This document shows, one piece after another, positions 12,482-23,620 of a stretch of 64,000 nucleotides of DNA (within the stretch, counting starts at the first letter, position 1; each line of letters opens with the position of its first letter). The position numbers and the translations under genes were made by a program. The notes under the pieces were generated by a model, which searched no databases, was not told the origin of the DNA, and worked only from the letters and a program-made list of their open reading frames with translations. Where the stretch lies: positions 37,944,001 to 38,008,000 of the forward strand of contig OZ038378.1 of the NCBI GenBank assembly GCA_964036045.1. The letters run 5' to 3'. Source of the stretch: Eutreptiella sp. 'Long Island Sound 2002' (lineage: Eukaryota > Protista > Euglenida).

Positions 12482-14099
12482 GTGCCAATTGGTCCCATGT
12501 GCCCGCGGGGGGAGAGGGTCACCTCGGAGGCCTTGGGGGCCCTTAACCTGATGAGTGACCCCCGGGGGGTAAGGTTTGGCACCGGCCACTACGTGGTGTG
12601 CCTGCACCACTGGGTGGCCCTTGGCTGGTGCCAGCAGTTGCGGCAAGGCAAATCGGTGCAGTTTGTATTGGCCTGGCTTGCCCTGCTGACCCTGCCCCCC
12701 CTACGATCCCATGGCCTAGCACACCTACGAGGGGCTGGTGCCTAGCTCCCGGACCACCCGCGGGCTGGCCGCCGTCAATTGGGTGGCGGCCCCTGTGGCC
12801 CCCACCAGCGCCGCCGCCACCGCCAACGACCCCTAGCAGGCCCCCACCGCGGCCTCCAACTTTCGGCTGGCGATGGGGGTCCTGCATGCCCAAGGGAGGG
12901 CAAGATTTCAAAAGGTATGTGTGTATGTGCGTGTGCTTGCGTGTGTCTAGTTTTTCGGACGCTTCGTTTAACACTTTTGGTTTGCTTTTTAAATTTCGAT
13001 CGGCGCTGCAAAATTTGGAAATTAACATTCTAAACTGAATGAAAAAATTTAAACTAAGTCGTCCAAAAACTTTAGGTTCTCTCCCACACCACGGCCTCGA
13101 CCTTCTTTGTTGCAGGTCTAGGATGTCGTGGTGTGTGGGTACGATATTCGCCCCATCCGTGTTGTGTGGAGCAACCAAGATGGGGAGGGGAACGTTGGGT
13201 TGAGGGGCTTGCACAAGGTCCTCACCCAGGACGCCGCGCTTTGGTTGGTGATGCTCAGCGGCCTGAAGGATTGGGAATATGGCCCCATGTGCTCCGAGTT
13301 GTGGGGCCCATTGCAGCCCTACAAGCCAAGTCAATGGGCACACTTGGCGGAGGTGGGGTGGTCGGGATGTGAGGATGGGGGTTCTGGCGGGAGATGGGAG
13401 GTGGGGAGGCAAAGGAGGTTAAGGAGGAAAGGGACCGGGCAAGCACCACCACCAACACCACCCCCCCTCCAAGCCCGACCCCCCCTTCCCCAAGAGACGT
13501 AAGGGTGGCAAAGCCACCACCGGGACAACCGGTAAGAAGAGGAAGCGGTTCGAGTCGGACTCGGTTGCCGAGTCCGATCACCCCACCTATTCCTCTTTGC
13601 CCTCCTCCCATGAGGACCCCCCCCAAAAAAAAAAGAACCCCCCCCCCAAAGACCAAGGCCGTTCCCGCCCCGAAAGAGAAGGGGGGGAGAAGAAGGAGGA
13701 GGGGGTTGGGAAAGAAGCGGGGGGGGGGAGAAGGAGGGGGGGGGGGGGGGGGGCAACGATCCTCTTGTGGCGACCACCGCCCATGTCCCAAACGGGGGCG
13801 GGGTAGAGGTTGGCACCGTCACGGGTGCCCACACCCGCAAGAGCGGGGTTGTATGGGTGAGATACACAAACAACCCCAAGGTCTATGAGGTGGAGCGCCC
13901 CCTCATCTTCGGCACGGCCGAAGCCGCGGACGCGCACCTCCAAAAGGTGCGCAAAGGCAAGACCTCCCCTCAACGAAGCCGGCTAACCCCCCGACTAACC
14001 TCCAAGAAAACTGTCAACCCAACCAAAATACCCTTACTAACCGCAACCCAAGGTACCCTGGCGCTATGGGACCCGGAAACGGGCTCCCGAGAGGTTTAA
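12482..14099 (+). pseudogene. C-terminal or accessory coding segments of the host transposon (unknown domain plus a Tudor/SH3-like beta module)
   Basis: Peptides SDPRGVRFGTGHYVVCLHHW, TQDAALWLVMLSGLKDWEYG...PSQWAHLAEVGW and VGTVTGAHTRKSGVVWVRYTNNPKVYEVERPLIFGTAEAADAHL. The first two, plus the start of the third, have diverged paralogues in the nested copy. A GT-AG intron lies at 12915-13115. Confidence 0.6.
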
Positions 14100-15352
14100 C
14101 ACATGAACAATGGCCCGGATGGCCAAGGGCATTAGCCGCAAAGGCTAAGGGGTAGGTTCTATGTGTTTTTGTGCTTGTGTAGGGAGATTTCATTTTTGGA
14201 AAGATGGTTCAAAATTTTCTTGGTTTAATTTTTAATCTGGATGACACATACTATTTAAAATCTGCAAACTTGAAACCAAAAATTAATCTCAAATGTTAAA
14301 GCCGAGGGCCATGGTAATATTTTTACACATCAACACAGATGGACCCCCCCGTACGAACCCATGTGGTCAAATGGAACACACAAGGCACCCAATGGGGGTG
14401 ACAATTTTCTGAAGTGACGCCCCTAACCCCCCGCCAAAAGCGGAAAGTTTGGTTTAATCAATTCAATTTTGGCCGAAGATTAAAAAATATTGGATTTAAT
14501 TTGGGTCTCTAGGGTCACCTATACGCCACGGAAACCCTTTAATGGACAATGCCATTTGTCCTTCAGTGCAATTTCTTTGAATTCCGATGCTTGTTTTGGA
14601 TGCTTTACAACTGTGCTCAATTGCAGGAAAAAAGGGCAAAGTGGACGAAAAGGGGCATGATTTCAGTTGAAGACCTGACTCGTTGTGCGCTGTGTGCCAC
14701 GGGGGGTTAGTAATTCGCCTTTTTTTTTACGCCATCAATGGCCTTCATTTCGTTGACCCCCCCCCCCCCGGGTAATTAAGGCCTCCTAAGATATTGGCAA
14801 CCAGAACGCTCTTGAGACCGTTCTTGTTCCAAAATTCCTCTACTACTCGCATATTTTACTAAGTTTGTTGAGTTGCCTCCTTTACTACCCCGCAATGCTT
14901 GAATTTCATTTCTGTGTACACGTTGGTTATTCATTCCATGATTTATCGGGTTTGTGTTCAAGAACCCTTTGTAGACCGTTCTTTCAACTAACATCCATTT
15001 CAAACACCCCCATGCAATGGTTCTACACTGTTCCGTTTGCTCGTGTTGTTTCGTTTGTTGTTGAGTGTGGTTAACAGCTGCAAGCACCCATTATTTCAAC
15101 AGTGTGAACACCTTCGCCAATGTCGTGTTGTTGCTGTCCACTGAGGGATACTTCAATTGAGATAGACAACGTTGGGTTTTAGCTTGCTGCTTGGCATCTT
15201 GGTCATTGATTCCTAGGATGCTGCGTCACCTCAACTACGACAAGGTATGGTGCTTGTCCGCACCGAATATCATTATGAATACCCTTCAAAACTGGAACAT
15301 TGGTCGAGAACGGTCTGCAGAGCGTTCCTTATTGGAAGCTCCTCAATAATGG

Positions 15353-17780
15353 TTGCATTTTACTGTCGTACTTGTTATCTCTTTTACTGCTCCCGTTCTG
15401 GCCCACTGGACATCAAGAACGCTCTGCAAAGGTTTCTTGTCCCAAGACTCTTCCAGGTATCGGAGTCAATCGACTCTCGTGTTGTGGGGCAACACCTACC
15501 CAAGTACTTCTGTACCTCATGGGTCCCTTGGCAGCTGCACAATGGATCCCAAGCCATTCCGCAAGTTACGGTCAAGTCTGCCGGACTACTCATGTGTGGA
15601 GCAGTTCATTGGACATGCTGTTCAGGATGACGGAACAAGTGGGGGACCCAGAGCTTTCGTACGGTGCGTATGTGGGCTTCGGGGTGAAGCAAGGACTCGG
15701 CGCTCGCTTGGCGATGTTCGACACACATGGCTGGCGAAAAAGAGTGGTGCATCACCTCCCCACTGGTCCTTCCCCCTTTGCATGGAGGCATTCAACCTGT
15801 GGCGTTTGATTCACAAACGTTACAAGCCTAGGGCTTGCCGTCGTGTAGATGATGTTCCTATGTCGAGGTCAGTAAGGAGGAAGCTCTCCCACGTCGGAGC
15901 TTGTACGTGCAATGTTGGCAGCACACATCAACGTGCTTGCCAGATGGCTCGGCATCTCTGGGACCTAGTTAAACAATTCGGACACATTGTTTGGTCTCAC
16001 ACTTTCGATCGTTACCGCCGTGCTCCTTCACCCCATTCCCCCAACCGGAGGCTCGTTTGTACTGCCATGGCATTATTGCAGCTGCGTAGTGACTTGGACA
16101 TGTTTCCCTGGTATCCCAAGTTGGATGCGTTGAAGCAACCTCTCCTTGTGCTTGCTCGGAGGTTTGGTGACTCTTTCCTAGGGTTGTGTGACGCCACAAA
16201 GACTTTGCTTCAACTTTCATTGAGGCAAAATATATACATGCTCCCTTGGATTGCAAACGAACAAGTGTTCACAATTTGCAATGGAAACCTTTTTTCCTGA
16301 TGGACCTCACCAGAGGATCCCAACCCGATTTGGTAGCTTTTGTTCACCTATTGGTTGAGGTGCATCAGCACAGTAACAAAGTGTTACCAATCTTCTTGGA
16401 TGAAAACCTTCACCATCGCATGTGTAAGATGATGTACAGCAAGTTGTATGCCCAATACAAGCTTGCTCTGTTTTTCACCAATGTCCGGTGTTGTACGGGG
16501 TGTGGCACCCTTATAAGTATCCGGTTACCGTTTGCTACAGGCGCTTTTTCCCTTTGTTCGGATTCTTGACATAGGGTAGACTACCCTCAGGAACGGAGTT
16601 GTATCCACATCCCAAGCTTATTTATATGGAGCGAGTTATGGCTGCTCTCTTGGTTGTGGTTAGTTCATCTATGCCGGCCTTGGTGTGCCTTAAGGCGTCC
16701 ACAGGTGATGCACATCCTAATATTTGTGAAAGACAAAAGACCACCATTGCCTTAGTCTAGGGCATGGTTGTATTACTCTTGGAGTACATCCCTGCCCTAT
16801 TCCTCTGTGGTTTTCTGGTTCGCAACTGCAACTGGGCAAACCAACAGAACTCGGATGATGCCTTGCAGGCCGCTCATTATGCGATCCACATTCTTCTCCA
16901 CTTGTGTTGGGAGGCTGAGCACACCACGGAGTATGTTTGGACCCTGGGGGTGTCTTTCTTGTTTTGGGGTCGGTGGGGACAAATAATACCAGGGAAATGC
17001 CATTCCGAGGAGATGGGTGAGGCTTTATTGGCCCGTTTGGTTGAAAAGCTGCGGTGGAACCCCAACAGTAGTTCTTTGGATGATGGTTTTGATCTTTTTT
17101 TCCTGACATCACAAGCACGCACTGACCTCAAGGACCTTCATGGCTCCCACTTGCAGAATGACACAATCAAGTTGGTACATCGCAACCTTAATACTTTTCT
17201 ACGCCAAATTAGTGATGGTCGGTTAGTATCCCCAGTGTTGTGGTAGTCAAAGGTGAAACCTGTTAAGGTTATGGATGATTCGCCTGAACTCCCCTGGTTT
17301 CCCATCAGTTTGTACTATGACATGTCGATTGATCATTTGCAAGACCTGTTGCAACGGACACTGCAAACCCTTGTGAAACTTGTTAGTACATCACAGGATT
17401 GCATGGATGCACGGCAACAACACATCCCCCATCGGTCGTTGGCATGGCAGGCTGACCATAACGCCGCATGTGACACCATCTTGAGTCAGCGCCAACCACA
17501 GTGCTATGTTGGTATGAACATGGCCATGCCAGAGGCTGACCGCCCAGAGGGTGCGCCTGAGGATGCACCTACACGCGACCCTTCCCCCCCTCCCCTTCCT
17601 GCACACAACTTTGATGACCTTCCAGATGAGGCTGTAGGAATTCCTCAGGTATACGAGGGTGATGATGCAACCTCCGCTGTTGAGGCACTCCCTGTTGCAG
17701 TTACGCTGTCTCGCGATCCATCTGTACCGTCGGTGTTGGTTTTGGAGGGGGGAAGGGGCGGATGTCATTTCTGTAGATGA
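15353..17780 (+). pseudogene. Frameshifted ORF with an unclassified DDE/RNase H-like motif set (DUF6589-like architecture, by recollection)
   Basis: Overlapping ORFs join by single frameshifts: VLPIFLDENLHHRMCKMMYS (~16390), PVLYGVWHPYKYPVT (~16490), PGKCHSEEMGEALLARL (~16995), followed by an acidic Pro-rich tail. Confidence 0.5.
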
Positions 17781-17949
17781 TGCATAGACCACCCTGCACC
17801 ACCACCCCCCTTTTTGGGGGACGTGGGAAAATATAAGCACCATGCCCGTCGAACCACTGCCTTGTTGCGTTTTGTTGTTTCCCTACTCCCCTGCTGCTCC
17901 TGATTGGATCGTTTAAGTCGTTTCTTTTGCAACGGCAAGGCAGACAACG

Positions 17950-20900
17950 AGTCCAGTGCTCACACCAGACGACACATGGCAACCAGACAGTGCTGAGATG
18001 TCACTTAGCCAAGCAGCAGCCGGACCGAAGCCAAAAGCAGTGCCTTCAGGCAAGTTGTTGAAGCAGCGCGTTGGACAGGATGTGCAGTGTACATGGAGTG
18101 CGGGTCGGTCAGAGTGCGGATCACACAACTACGATTCGATGTGCACCTTCAACATGGGCACACGAGGAAGTGTGATGACAAGGAGGTGGCGAAACGGCTG
18201 GCATCTTTGAAGCAGAATCCCCCGCTGAAGTTGATTACCATTTTGGCCTTGCAAGATGAAGGTAGATGAACCACTTCCCCACCAAGAACGCTCTGCAGAG
18301 CGTTCCGGTTACATTTTGTGCTTAGTAGGTGTTAATAGGGGTAGTTTCGTCAACAAAACGCTCTGCAGAGCGTTCTAGGGCAATTTCTCGCTGTTAGCAT
18401 GTGTGATAATGGTACTGCATTCCAATCCCTGTAGCACTGTCATCTTGCGTCCTCGGCATCAATTCTATCATTGTTCTCTTGCAGGTGTTGCGGTCTGGGT
18501 CCTTGGTGGGCAGCACATATGTACGGCTCTTCAAAAGTTGCAAGCAAAGTGCCTCCATGCTGGCAAGGCGTTACCGGTATGGCTATCCCACGTGCAATGC
18601 GACATGATCAAATAGGACACGAAGGTAACCATCACGTAGCAGATCGCACGAGACCACCATGTAGTCCAACACAGCTGTTCTTCGCTGAGGCTATCAGAAA
18701 TTGGAAACGAGATATGGGATGCGCTTAATGCGTGTGGCAACGTGGAGGAGAAAGAAGCCCTTCTTCTGGCCTTGCGAAAAGCTGGAAAACTCGATAAGTA
18801 GGCCAGTCCAGTGTGCACCGATGTTATTACAATCGACTCCACGTTACTTCCTTGCCCAATGTACTATTATTACCTGTTGCTTTGCAGAATGCAATATTCA
18901 AGGCCTGGACACCTTTGGTCGAAGGCGTGGTGGCGACGAGGAACGAGATCAATGGGGCACTCGCGGACCTTGAGAGAAAGGCGGGGACTGAAGGCATGCA
19001 GCAATGCTTCCCAACCACGTTTGGGCAAAAAACGCTCTCCACGGCGTTCTGGGCCCGATGTGATATTTCAATGACACCTTGAAAACCGTCTTCGATCGGC
19101 AGAACGCCCTGCAGAGCGTTCTTTTCTGGACAAGTTGTGGTTTTTAACTGACATTGTTTTGCCATTTTCCCATTCAGTGATCACCTGCACTACTCTGAGA
19201 CCATGCTTCGGGTTGCAGCCGGACCAATATTTCAAGGTCATGCCATTTTTGAGGTCGGACAAGATAAAAGTGAGTGGACCGGCAATATTGTGCCGTGGAC
19301 TGACGAAGGACAGAGCCTGGGAGAATATCTAGATGCATCCGGAGAACAGTATCGTACACAAGACCAGAAATATGCTTGTCTGCTGAATTATTCGTTCTGG
19401 TGGTATGATAGTACCAGTCTCAATTTTCTCTGACATTTTCCATGCAGAAAATGAATCCGAGATGTTGCGTATCCGAAAAATGCTGAGGAGTGCCACTGTG
19501 GTGAAGATGAACACAGGCCGCTGGCGCTGGTCAGAGTCTACCCCTACCCTCCGTGGGATGCAATGCAGAAATGCCCCTTGTGGAGTGCAGAGGAGTGGAA
19601 GGCTATTAGGAGCCTTGTCGAAGCCTATGCCAACAATTGACGTTGAGCTCACTGACGACAACACGGGAACTGAGGCCACGAGTGAGGACAACGATGATAC
19701 AAGGACAAAAATCCTTATTGCACCGGCCATCCAAGGGCGCGGTGTGCCAGCTACCTTCACAGCAAGACCTCACGCAGCGTTGTGTTCCATTCCTTGTCGA
19801 TTGTGCACTCAATAGTCGTTTTTCGTCCTCGAAACACTCTGCAGAGCCTTCTTCCTCCGGATTTGATTAAAATGGGTCTGTATGACTGTGTTTTGATTCT
19901 AGATTCTTGGGGAACTGGGACCCGATGGTGCAGAGGACATTCGTCCAGGGGGGGGGTGGGGGGGCGACATGCTAATTCTCGACAGAGGGTATAGTTTGGC
20001 CAAACTACCCCGTTTTTTCGAAGGGCCTGAAAAATTTGGTTAACACCCGTTTCGCACATTTGAGTTCTGTTGATTTCTCCCTGCTTGCCACCGGTCCCCG
20101 GGTCCCAATTTCTGCACCCCGCAGCCCCTTCTGTCACACCAGCAATTTTAAATTTTTAGTCTGATGCTTGCCAGAGGTCTCAGAGTCCCAATTTCTGCAC
20201 CCTGCAGCCCCTGCTGTCATACCGGGAATTTTTAATTTTTAGTCTGATGCTTGCCAAAGGTCCCAGGGTCCCAATTTCTGCACCCCGCGGCCCGCGCTGT
20301 CACACCATCAATTTTCAATTTTTAGTCTGATGTTTGCCACAGGTCCCAGGGTCCCAATTTCTGTCTTTGCCTATGTCCATTGTCTTCGTCTCTTCGCAAC
20401 ATGTCCTCGGTTTTTCTCATGACACAACAACATTTTTCCGAGGTGTTGAGCATCTAACTCGGTGATACCCTTTGCAAAGGGCTCATTTGCCAACAAGGCT
20501 TGTGCGAACCGTGAGGCCGACCTACTGCAAAAAAATCCGTCCCCAAAGTACTTTGTTGCATGACTCAAGCCCTGTTGCATGGCGGGAACACCCCAGCTCG
20601 GGTTACAAGGCCGAGCGGTCCAGGCACGTGCCCGGATTAGCCGTGGAGTGACGCCACAAGAGAACTTTGTGAGCAACAGCCACACATCAGACTAAAAATG
20701 AAAAACTCCTGGTACGAGAGTAGGGGCTGCAGGGAGCAGAATTTGGGACTCTGAGACCTGTAATAAGCATCAAACTAAAAATTGAAAATTTCTGGTATGA
20801 TAGCAGGGGCTGCAGGGTGCAGACTTTGTGGCCCTGGGACCTGTGCCAAGCATCAGTCTAAAAATTATAAATTCCAGTGAGGGTCACGCGGTGCTTTTTT

Positions 20901-21850
20901 GCCTTGGTTTTTGTTCAATTCAAAAACTGTCCCTTTTTTCGGCGGGCAGGTTTGAAATGTGCAAAAACCCCCCCAAACTACCCCTTTTTTCGAGGGGGCT
21001 GAAAAATTTGGTTAACACCCCCATGTGCAAAACTTGCATGTCGCCCCCCCCCCCCCCCCTGCATTCGTCCCCTGATTGGCAAGTTGCTCATGAAAGACAA
21101 ACCTATTTGCATTGTTGGCATGAAACACATTGGTCACTCGCTGAAGGACCTCGACGCAACTCAGGGATGGCAGTGGACGCAGGCCTAGATAAACGATCGA
21201 TCAACAAGCCACAGTGTGTATCGATACTCCGAACGACTGGCACTGATAGGCACACCTAACAAATTGACTATGAAGGTCCCAAACTACATCAATGTTGATC
21301 AGGGGTCGTGCGCATCTCAAATCACTACTGGTATTGCTGGATGGTTGTTGCAAGTGCTTGGTATCGTGCCACCGCCACAGTGGGCCCCCGGTGCGGAGCC
21401 TTGGATTCTGTGCTGCACCCCATATCATCAGTTGCCTGCCCAGCTGTGTAATGGAATGGTTATGAATATCAACATGGGTCTCGGATACACTGGAGAGCTT
21501 TTTGGTTTGCAGCAATTTATCTCTAACAGCCGGGAGACAAGTTAGGAATTGTATGCCTTGGACATCATTGGCTGGGCTAGATGGATGAAGGATATTGTCA
21601 ATGGGATGCCGGTTGGGGTGGAGAAAGTGAAATGCGACGAGAGTGATGACGATGTGGATGAAATTGGCGAGGATGACGACAACTGCTTGGAGCCTCAGAG
21701 AGAACCACACCAACAAAAAGGAAAAGATAGAGCCAGGAGCAAGATGCCAGGAATGACATGGATGACCGCTCCAGTTCCAGCAGTGGTGGTGGAAACAAGC
21801 CCTTCAAACCTCCAGGGAGCCTGCATGCGTTCCACAACAGGGTGAAGGGT
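17950..21850 (+). pseudogene. Second decayed multi-exon gene of the same element, interrupted by the hAT-type MITE
   Basis: Coding-like blocks are separated by short GT-AG introns. Removing 19946-21069 restores ILGELGPDGAEDIRPLIGKLLMKDKPICIVGMKHIG, continuing into ORFs 21216-21545 and 21549-21845 across single stop codons. Product not recognised. Confidence 0.55.
19946..21061. mobile_element. Non-autonomous hAT-type element (MITE-like), 1116 bp, 8-bp TSD CATTCGTC
   Basis: TSD at 19938-19945 and 21062-21069. TIRs are CAG-G(n)-CGACATGC and GCATGTCG-C(n)-CTG. Subterminal 83-bp repeats occur ~3.2 times on the left (20090-20365) and ~2.3 times inverted on the right (20683-20880). An 8-bp TSD with CAG termini is the established hAT signature. 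Confidence 0.88.
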
Positions 21851-22719
21851 GCAACAACTGCCAAACCAAAGCCCAAGGCGGCGAGTAAGAAGAAGTAATG
21901 GGTGCTGCAGGACTTTGATTCTGTTAGTTTGACTATTTTGGCCCCCGTGTTCCAACAGGCAGTGGTTTGCGACATGGTTTGCTTGTTTGTTTTCAATTAC
22001 AGAACGCTCTGCAGAGCATTCTTGAGCGGATTTGCATTTTTACAGTGCTATATTGGTGCATTTTTCTATGTTATTTCTCAGCAACAGTACACACATGTGT
22101 GAGGTTTGACTACGTGTTCCTCAATATGTATTCATTCACAAAGTTCATTATCTTTGTTACCGCACCCTGTTTGTTCACCAATACAATACTGCTTGAGCAT
22201 GTCTACCTGTATCAACGTACTATGCACCGTCCACTGCTTGCCTATGTTTGCTTGGTACCCTGCACTTTTCATTTCCAGGTGATTCATAGGTTGCTAAGCA
22301 ACCGCACACCACCAGCGTGTGGAGTGGTGCCAAACAGGCACTCCACAATAGGTGACGGTTTCATTGATCATGAAACCGTCAATAGAGAATGGTGGTTTGT
22401 AAACACCACACAGGTATGTCAGAGGGGGGTTTCAACACTGGGTTTTCCTGACTGCACTGAAACGTGGATGTGGAACAATAAAATTTTGATGGGACCCTTA
22501 GGTCTGAAAATACATTATTCCCCCAAACAGGGGTTTCGGCAACCATTTCAAAATTCAGTGCCCAACAAGGCCCTTTTAAAAACTGTGATATTTCACTATG
22601 GGCCGAAACACTCTTGGGTTTCGGCCGACCACTCGCTTAGAGCCGCCTAAGACCTATTTGTTTCTTGATCTGGCTCTGACTGTTGGCCTCGCAACTGGTG
22701 TTGGTGTATATTTGGTATG

Positions 22720-23620
22720 TATTTGGTGCACCTTATCTGTGATGTATGGTTTGGTTTGTGATTGGTGATTTGATTTGGTAGGTTGATGATTTGACTTGGT
22801 GTTTGATATGGATTTGGTGCGAGATAGGTATCCAGACTTTGGTCTCTGGGTCTGTGGCTTCCTCCGTCACTTGGTTATTTCGGGCATTGGGTTTCGAATG
22901 AGTTTGGTGCTCCATCATGCTTAATCCATGACTTGGTGGCTTGTATCGCTGATTTGGACCTTTGGCTTGGTACTTAGTGTGGGTTTTGGTACGAGGATTG
23001 ATGGTGACTTGGGTAGAAGAAGGTTGGCTGAGATTATGGCTAAATTGCGTTGAGATGGGTTGAGTTTCTTTGCCTAGAAATTGTGTGCTTCCTTCGGCAC
23101 TCTTTGGTTTGGGTTGGGGTAAGGGTTGGATTTGTGTTCGAGAGGGTTGGCGGAGATTGGGTTGGGTTGGGACGGGGTTCCTTTGGGCTAGAAGTCATGT
23201 GCTCCCGTCGTTGGTGGATAAGGGTCGGAAGGGAAGGGAAGACACACCTTTTTTTTCTTGGTCCTACTCTGTTTGATGACCTAGTGACTAATGTTGGTGT
23301 GGGTTTGGTATGGATTTGGTGAACCTTGATCTGTCATTTGTGGTTTGATTGTTACTTGGTGCTTTGATTTGTTGGATTGATGATTTAACTTGGTGTTTGA
23401 TAAGCAATTGTTAATGGTTTGGTTTGGATTTTGTATGCATTTCGTATGTGGACTGATGGTCTCTAGGTTTGTGACTTCCTCCGCGACTCGGTGATTTTGT
23501 GGTGTTGCTTTGGAATGGGTTTCGTGCTCCGTGATCTTTGATCCGTGACTTGGTCCATGATTTGGTGGCTTCAAGTGGTGATTTGGTCTTTCGTCTCGGT
23601 AATTAGTGTGGGCTTGATAT
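22720..23620. repeat. Diverged direct duplication (~595-bp offset) of TTGG/GATTT-rich sequence
   Basis: GATGATTT(G/A)ACTTGGTGTTTGATA at 22785 and 23379, followed by alignable CTTCCTCCG..CAC/GACTTGGT blocks. Confidence 0.75.

Larger units (their letters stand above)
7058..14514 (+). mobile_element. Decayed DNA transposon (host copy) with CC(C)TAG-type TIRs, 2-bp TSD 'TC', RAG1/Transib-like transposase
   Basis: The left end CCTTGGAGACCTACGTTAAAGCCACTAT (7058) matches the reverse complement of the right end CCCTAGAGACCCAAATTAAATCCAATAT (14514) at 21/28 positions. Flanks are TC (7056-57) and TC (14515-16). The interior is homologous to the nested copy at 7392-9700. Confidence 0.85.
14803..22022. 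repeat. Dispersed 18-22 bp palindrome (A)GAACGCTCTGCAGAGCGTTC(T), about 9 copies
   Basis: Perfect at 18286-18305 and 18357-18374. One- to few-mismatch variants at 15308, 15415, 19101, 19831 and 22001; more degenerate at 14803 and 14961. Confidence 0.9.

Noticed and set aside
7392-14514. Reading 7392-7680 and 14200-14514 as the long TIRs of one element
   Set aside because: They are the 3' ends of two related copies in opposite orientation. The true partners are 7392/9700 and 7058/14514, each with its own 2-bp TSD.
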